The notes beneath the pieces were generated by a model, which was not told where the DNA came from, did no database searches, and saw only the letters and a program-made list of their open reading frames with translations. Shown piece by piece: positions 33,357 through 38,489 of a stretch of DNA of 38,489 nucleotides. The stretch is from a virus (lineage: Duplodnaviria; Caudoviricetes): positions 1-38,489 of IMG/VR virus record IMGVR_UViG_3300025637_000028; one strand, 5' to 3'. The translations under genes and the position numbers were made by a program. The first letter of the stretch is position 1; each line of letters begins with the position of its first letter.

Positions 33357-34498
33357 TAGGACTTTTCCTCATTAGATATATCAGTAAAAAAATCGGCTGC
33401 TTCTGGCTTAACAGCAGGGCGTGGATCAGTGTCCTGCGCGAGTGTTGGCCGACCTTCGGGTTTATGGATAAGATCGACGATCTCACCATATCTCGCTTTT
33501 CCCAGTGCTTTTTCAGCTTGGGTTGGCGAAATTAGTTTTGACACATAAGCATCATTGCCCAGCATCTGAATTAGTTGTTCCTCTGCAATCTCTGTGTCGA
33601 GCCACTTGCGCTGACCACGGCCCGCAACCAATTTGTGGTTGGGTAAAATGCCGCCGTCAAGCAGCAGCTTGTGCGCGTGTTTCTGAACCCCTTGCGCCCA
33701 CGAAATCAGTGCGTCCATTTTGGGTAAAAGGTTACTGATCTCTTCAACATTTAAGGTGTGCGGCACTTGGACGAGCAGAGGCTCTTCAAGATTGTCGAAA
33801 TTACTTAGCGTTAAAGAGTAGTTGTGTTCAGCTAACGCTCTGCAAGTTGGCTTGGCTTTGCAAAAATGACACGCCTTTTTGCTGGGGTTATATGTTGGGT
33901 CTGGAGACATAGTTCTACGCGCTGCTGGCTTAACAACATCGTTTGCCCATGTGAACAGGTCTTTGGCCCGCATAGAGTAGGTGTCGATGTGATCAAGTCG
34001 TGGCTGCACGATGGTCATGCTCACCGTATCGACTTTGTCAATGAACTCATAAGCTGCGCCTAATCCGTACAGCATAAGTTGCTCGTTACGATTGGCGTTG
34101 ACCTTTAAGCCTTGGCCGTACTTCAAATCTATAACGTGCAGAACGCCATCGTGAAGCACCACATAATCTGCCGTTCCGAAGCCGCCAGCGGCCCATTCTG
34201 AGTAGTCAACACGAAGTTCAACATGAGCCTCGTCAGATTCTTGGCTATTGCAGAAGTCCACATATGTTGCGACATGGTTAGCCATATCTGCATCGACGAT
34301 AAAGCCTTCAAACTCTACGCCTATGAAATGTTCTGGTGGTTTTTGTTTGAGTAGACACTCTTCAGCTAGAGCGTGTGCGGCTGTTCCTTCGGCGGCATAG
34401 AAAGATTCTTGCTCTGGAAATGTTGACTCCAGGCTGATGGAGCCAGGGCAGGTCATCCATCGGTGAGCCTTACTAGCACCTAATAATGCATGTTTCAT
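33356..34498 (-). CDS. DUF2800 family PD-(D/E)XK (Cas4-like) exonuclease
   Basis: HALLGASKAHRW..CPGS, AAEGTAAH, FGTAD, IDLKYG, QL.LY and CHFCKAK..C motifs. Confidence 0.92.
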   Translation of the reverse strand: MKHALLGASKAHRWMTCPGSISLESTFPEQESFYAAEGTAAHALAEECLLKQKPPEHFIGVEFEGFIVDADMANHVATYVDFCNSQESDEAHVELRVDYSEWAAGGFGTADYVVLHDGVLHVIDLKYGQGLKVNANRNEQLMLYGLGAAYEFIDKVDTVSMTIVQPRLDHIDTYSMRAKDLFTWANDVVKPAARRTMSPDPTYNPSKKACHFCKAKPTCRALAEHNYSLTLSNFDNLEEPLLVQVPHTLNVEEISNLLPKMDALISWAQGVQKHAHKLLLDGGILPNHKLVAGRGQRKWLDTEIAEEQLIQMLGNDAYVSKLISPTQAEKALGKARYGEIVDLIHKPEGRPTLAQDTDPRPAVKPEAADFFTDISNEEKS

Positions 34499-34547
34499 CA
34501 CTTTAAACCTCATTGAGCAATTTAGTTACTAACTTTTTGTATCTGTG

Positions 34548-34583
34548 GTTGACACCTTAAAAATAAATTTCTATTGTGTCAAC
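34548..34583. promoter_or_regulatory. Overlapping divergent sigma70 promoters
   Basis: Plus: TTGACA (34549) - 17 nt - TATTGT; minus: TTGACA (34582) - 17 nt - TAAGGT; flanked by CAATTTAGTTA direct repeats at 34518 and 34598. Confidence 0.75.
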
Positions 34584-34621
34584 TCCAAAACGACAAACAA
34601 TTTAGTTAAGAGGCAATAAGT

Positions 34622-34903
34622 ATGAATTTTGTTAGCGAGTTTGCTGATGAAGTGCGGTCAGCGATTGATGATGTGGTGAAATCTTCTGGCGTGAAAAACT
34701 GCAACGCCCTGGCTCGTCGCCTGGACGTAAGCAAGCAGGCGTTGAGTAAGTGGCGACAAACAGGGGTTGTTCCAGCCCATAGAGCGTTGCAAATGGAACT
34801 AATGGCAAAAGGCGTGGTGTCGTGGAAACGGATGTGTCCAGACATCGTTGCGGATTATGAACAGTCGAGCGAGGTCATTTATGAAACGTCTAGAAAGAAT
34901 TAA
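34622..34903 (+). CDS. Cro/YdaS-like HTH regulator
   Basis: NALARRLDVSKQALSKW....VPAHRA...E...G.V......PDI pattern. Confidence 0.85.
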   Translation: MNFVSEFADEVRSAIDDVVKSSGVKNCNALARRLDVSKQALSKWRQTGVVPAHRALQMELMAKGVVSWKRMCPDIVADYEQSSEVIYETSRKN

Positions 34904-35051
34904 AGAGGTTGCGGGAATTTGGTACTGGCGAGCGGTTGAGAAGGTGACCCGCATCGCGTCACCCATAGCGCATTGGATGTCGGTGAAGCTTTTATCTTTT
35001 TCAGCTTACTGCGACCACTGGGCGATACTTGCAAACCAATTAAAAAAATAA
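34881..35051 (+). CDS. Small hypothetical protein
   Basis: 56 aa from ATG 34881 with GAGGT RBS; fills the gap before the primase. Confidence 0.55.
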   Translation: MKRLERIKEVAGIWYWRAVEKVTRIASPIAHWMSVKLLSFSAYCDHWAILANQLKK

Positions 35052-35081
35052 ATTCAAAATGTGAAGTGAAGAGGTGACGCA

Positions 35082-37349
35082 ATGGCGTTTTTAAAGCAAC
35101 ACGGCCATCAGCTAGTCGATAACGGCTACGAAATTGTTCCCATAATGAAGGGCAAAAAAGCGCCCATGTTAAAAGGGTGGCAGGACATCAGGGCCACTCA
35201 CGAAGATGTAGATAAGTGGCTTGGGAATGGTCACGCTGATGGTGGTGTAGGCGTTCTCTGCCGAAACACAGTTGCAGTTGATATCGACTGCTTAAATAGA
35301 GATGTGAATTACAAGCTGCTCAAGTGGGTAGATGAAAATATCGGCAGGTCGCTAACGAGAGTAGGCCAAGCGCCGAAGTGCATCCTACCTTTTAGAGTTG
35401 AGGGCGGCTTTTCTAAGATTCGATCCTGTGAATATGAGGATGAGGTCGGCTCTAAACACGCCGTTGAGGTGTTAGCAGACGGGCAGCAGTTTGTGGCTTA
35501 CGGCATACATCCTGCGACCAACGAGCCTTACAAGTGGGTGAGAGGTAAGAGCATTGCCGATGTATCTCACAGCGAGTTGCCGATTATCACAAAAGAGCAG
35601 GCAGAAGCATTTATTGCCTATTTTGAAGAGATCGCGGGGCAGCAGGACGGCTGGGAATTGGCCCGAAAGGGTATGGCTGCCGCTGAGATAGACCCAGATG
35701 ACCTGTCTATGTTTCGGCCCAAGATGGATGTAGATGAACAAGGCGTCCGTCAATTACTAGAATCGGTTGATGCGAACTGTCATCACGACGAGTGGGTGAG
35801 GGTAGGCATGGCGCTGCATCACCACTTCGATGGTGACGACACAGGCTGGATGATCTGGGACGACTGGTCATCTGACGGTGAGACGTACATCGACGGGCAG
35901 TGTGAGCGCAGGTACGCAACCTTTGATAGCAGCAGCAAGACGCCAGTAACCCTCGCCAGCGTGAAGGCTATGGAGGTTGAGGCTGTGCGTGAAGAGATCA
36001 AGGAAGAGCGGCTACCTAAGATGCTCAGAGAGTGGGCCTTTGTGCATGTCGAAGGGTCGGCGCGTGTGATGCGTGAAGACCTGAACAAAGACAATCTGGT
36101 GCTGTACAAGCTAGACGATCTGAAGAAAGAACACATGAACTGTCGGGTCTTGTCGGGCGATGAAAAGCCCAAGCTAATTAATCTAGTAGATATGTGGCTT
36201 GAACACCCAGAGCGCAGAACCTATGCGGCTGGCCTTACTTTTGCCCCAGACATGCAGGTGCTTCAACGCTACAACCTGTGGCGGGGTTGGAGTTACGAAG
36301 CGAGGGAGGGTGATGTGCAGCCGTGGCTGGACTTTGTCACCGATGTGGTCGCTGACGGCAACGCTGTATACGCCAACTATATAGTCGCGTGGGCCGCGCA
36401 GATGATCCAGAAGCCCATGACCAAGGTTGGTGTCGGGCTTGTGCTTAGAGGCCGTAAAGGCACAGGCAAGACCAAGTTCGGTGAGATGCTGGGTGGCCTA
36501 GTCGCTGCACATCACAAGATAGTTAGCCGCGCTGAACACATCACCGGCAACTTTAACCGGCACCTCGAAGACACGCTTCTGCTGCAAGCCGATGAGGCTT
36601 ACTGGGCTGGCGCAAAAGCCTCTGAGGGTGCGCTGAAAGACCTGCTGACCAACGACAAGATTCAGATCGAGCGCAAGGGTGTCGATAGCTACACAGCGCC
36701 AAACTACACCCGCATCCTGTTTACCAGTAACGAAGACTACGTTGTTCCTGCAAGTCTCGATGAAAGAAGGTTTGCCGTTTTTGATGTCGGCAACTCTAGG
36801 CAGCAGGACAGCGAATACTTTGCCGGTCTTACCGCGTGGTATGAGGCCGGTGGGGCCAACGCGCTGATCCATTACCTGCGTAACTTCGACCTGACAAATA
36901 TCAACCTACGCCTGGTGCCGCAAACTGAGGCGCTTACAGATCAGAAGTTAGAGGCTTTGGATAACGTCACCGCATGGATTTACAACTGCTTGCAGACCGG
37001 CGAGATGCGTGAGAACCGCGTAGCAGGCAACGTGGTGAACTTCGGTGAAGAGGCTCCAAAGTCTGAAATATACGACATATATGTAAGCAGCCTCCGATCA
37101 AATAAGTTTGAGGTTCCGATGAAGGAGGCACCTTTCTGGAAGCGTATGAAGTCGTTCGACAACATGTTTCAAGACGGCGCTATGCGATCCGATGCGGGTC
37201 ACCGTTATCGGACAGTGAAGGTCAACACCACTGAGGCGGCACGTTGGATATTTGAGGCTGCAAACAATTTAAGCAACATCGAGTGGGCAACATTAGACAT
37301 CGGGCCAAACACTGACCCCCTCGATCCTGACAACTGGGGAGATATGTAA
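35082..37349 (+). CDS. Primase-polymerase / PriCT_2 / SF3-like helicase fusion
   Basis: Prim-Pol N-terminus (KKAP..KGW, AVDID), PriCT_2 (DEWVRVGMALH...WDDWS), Walker A GRKGTGKT, ADEA, FTSN, ERRF. Confidence 0.92.
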   Translation: MAFLKQHGHQLVDNGYEIVPIMKGKKAPMLKGWQDIRATHEDVDKWLGNGHADGGVGVLCRNTVAVDIDCLNRDVNYKLLKWVDENIGRSLTRVGQAPKCILPFRVEGGFSKIRSCEYEDEVGSKHAVEVLADGQQFVAYGIHPATNEPYKWVRGKSIADVSHSELPIITKEQAEAFIAYFEEIAGQQDGWELARKGMAAAEIDPDDLSMFRPKMDVDEQGVRQLLESVDANCHHDEWVRVGMALHHHFDGDDTGWMIWDDWSSDGETYIDGQCERRYATFDSSSKTPVTLASVKAMEVEAVREEIKEERLPKMLREWAFVHVEGSARVMREDLNKDNLVLYKLDDLKKEHMNCRVLSGDEKPKLINLVDMWLEHPERRTYAAGLTFAPDMQVLQRYNLWRGWSYEAREGDVQPWLDFVTDVVADGNAVYANYIVAWAAQMIQKPMTKVGVGLVLRGRKGTGKTKFGEMLGGLVAAHHKIVSRAEHITGNFNRHLEDTLLLQADEAYWAGAKASEGALKDLLTNDKIQIERKGVDSYTAPNYTRILFTSNEDYVVPASLDERRFAVFDVGNSRQQDSEYFAGLTAWYEAGGANALIHYLRNFDLTNINLRLVPQTEALTDQKLEALDNVTAWIYNCLQTGEMRENRVAGNVVNFGEEAPKSEIYDIYVSSLRSNKFEVPMKEAPFWKRMKSFDNMFQDGAMRSDAGHRYRTVKVNTTEAARWIFEAANNLSNIEWATLDIGPNTDPLDPDNWGDM

Positions 37350-37615
37350 TGGGAAAAGGTAGCAAGCAACGACCAACTGATCACGCTCAGTTCTCTGCAA
37401 ACTTCGACGCAATATTCAATAAGCCCGTGGTCGATGAGCAAGAAGAAGAAGAGGATTTGTTCGACTACGACTGTGAGCGGTGCGGTGGCATCGATAAGCA
37501 CGATGTCTATGCGGAACGTGAGGTGAACATGGAGTCTTATGGCGACCAGCGAGTGGAGCGAGTAGAAATTTATTTGAGTTGTATAAAATGTGGAGGAAGT
37601 GTTGATGAAAAATAA
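37349..37615 (+). CDS. Small zinc-ribbon protein
   Basis: CERC...CIKC; TAATG-coupled to the primase. Confidence 0.75.
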   Translation: MGKGSKQRPTDHAQFSANFDAIFNKPVVDEQEEEEDLFDYDCERCGGIDKHDVYAEREVNMESYGDQRVERVEIYLSCIKCGGSVDEK

Positions 37616-37991
37616 AGACGTAACAACAAAGTGGAAGCGACTACAAGAAGAGTGTACAGCTATAGAAACTAACAAAGCAGCGGCAGAGCAGAGCCAATCG
37701 GTGCAGCACATCGTGCCGTTTAAGCTGCCAGTTAACGCGCAGCAAAGAAAGAACATACCAGTCTATTCTGGTTTCTTTGCCTACTTCCCACGAGCCATTG
37801 CTGCGGTAGCCCAGGTATCGCTTGCGGGCGGCATTCAGCACGGGCAGACACGCGAGACGCTGCACTGGGATCGACCTCTTTCTGGAGACGAGTTGGATGC
37901 AATGATGCGTCACATGATTGACGGGGACTGGGAGCAAGTAGCTTGGAGGGCTATGGCGCACTTGGAAAAGCATTTAGAACGCAAAGAGTAA
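37605..37991 (+). CDS. DUF5664 / dATP-dGTP diphosphohydrolase-like protein
   Basis: GGAGG RBS before ATG 37605; FPRAIAAVAQVS..G..QH...W...DAMMRH...VAWRAMA pattern. Confidence 0.65.
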   Translation: MKNKDVTTKWKRLQEECTAIETNKAAAEQSQSVQHIVPFKLPVNAQQRKNIPVYSGFFAYFPRAIAAVAQVSLAGGIQHGQTRETLHWDRPLSGDELDAMMRHMIDGDWEQVAWRAMAHLEKHLERKE

Positions 37992-38012
37992 TAAGCAGTA
38001 AGCAGTAAGCAG
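37992..38012 (+). repeat. Tandem heptamer TAAGCAG x3
   Basis: Directly visible between the stop codon and the terminator. Confidence 0.9.
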
Positions 38013-38014
38013 AC

Positions 38015-38037
38015 AGCCCGCTTCGGTGGGCTTTTTT
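38015..38037 (+). terminator. Rho-independent terminator
   Basis: AGCCCGC-TTCG-GTGGGCT followed by a T tract. Confidence 0.88.
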
Positions 38038-38141
38038 GTGCGTGACCGTTTGAGCCTTTGCGGTCACTCGTATTGTTAGGTCAATTCCAGGTTGACGCTA
38101 TAATAGTACCTCACTAACGAGATACACCAGGGGAAACAAAA

Positions 38142-38387
38142 ATGACTAACTTTCAAACCGGCCAGAACATCCGCTCTTATGACTTCATCTCACGCACTGA
38201 CTGCTACATCGAAGGCGTTATTACTAGCATTGATAAAGGCATGATTGAATTTACGGTAACTAAATCAATATCCGAAGGCAAAGAATATACAGACCGCCCT
38301 GACACAATGCAGACCGCAGACATTGGTAACGATTTTAGTGACCGTATGTACGAGGGGTTGGGTCGTCAGCGCATCGAAGCAATCTAA
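38142..38387 (+). CDS. Small beta-rich hypothetical protein
   Basis: 81 aa, AGGGG RBS, TATAAT at 38099-38104. Confidence 0.75.
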   Translation: MTNFQTGQNIRSYDFISRTDCYIEGVITSIDKGMIEFTVTKSISEGKEYTDRPDTMQTADIGNDFSDRMYEGLGRQRIEAI

Positions 38388-38426
38388 TCTAACCGCCCCC
38401 TACGGGGGGCAACTAAGGGGAACAAA

Positions 38427-38489
38427 ATGAAAGTGATCAACGCGGCCAAAGGCCCAAACGTGAAGAACTACTTCTACGATGCCGAACGT
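38427..38489 (+). CDS. Partial hypothetical protein, truncated by the window end
   Basis: TAAGGGG RBS then MKVINAAKGPNVKNYFYDAER, open to the edge. Confidence 0.6.
   Translation, partial: MKVINAAKGPNVKNYFYDAER

Larger units (their letters stand above)
1..38489. mobile_element. Temperate podovirus-like bacteriophage (P22-like head/tail genes, APSE-like replication module), near-complete, attP intact
   Basis: Terminase, portal, scaffold, capsid, tail, lysis, integrase and replication genes fill the window; no intact host housekeeping gene; no tape-measure or sheath gene; last ORF runs off the right end. Confidence 0.95.

Noticed and set aside
33356-34498. CRISPR Cas4
   Set aside because: Standard DUF2800 gene in the DUF2800-DUF2815-PolA module; no cas1 or array
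30573-37991. Diaminopurine (Z) or other modified-base genome system
   Set aside because: No purZ, datZ or queuosine-pathway genes recognisable in the window
38427-38489. Terminal repeat or circular closure with position 1
   Set aside because: No shared sequence between the two ends was seen, and joining them would stop the last ORF after two codons

Overview
A near-complete (probably not closed) temperate podovirus-type phage genome, apparently in its free, unintegrated form. On the + strand (800-27473): P22-like packaging and head genes, two tail-fibre plus tip-protein modules separated by an accessory enzyme cassette and a lysis cassette, then the tail and ejected proteins, ending in a large polyvalent ADP-ribosyltransferase-like protein. 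Next come an attP carrying a replacement 5' end of dusA and a tyrosine integrase. A leftward APSE-like replication operon follows (DUF2800 nuclease, DUF2815 SSB, family A polymerase, VRR-NUC, SNF2 helicase, Xis), then a Cro-like gene and a primase-helicase. The most striking feature is the Thr-rich protein at 9805-11118. Its N- and C-terminal arms are residue-by-residue complementary (aromatic opposite Arg/Lys/Asn at constant i+j=457 over about 127 residues), suggesting a long intramolecular beta-hairpin stalk with a tip domain. It is directly followed by two glycosyltransferase-like genes, a cupin, a sulfotransferase and a 2OG-Fe(II) oxygenase-like gene. All family calls come from motif recognition by eye; no database search was run.
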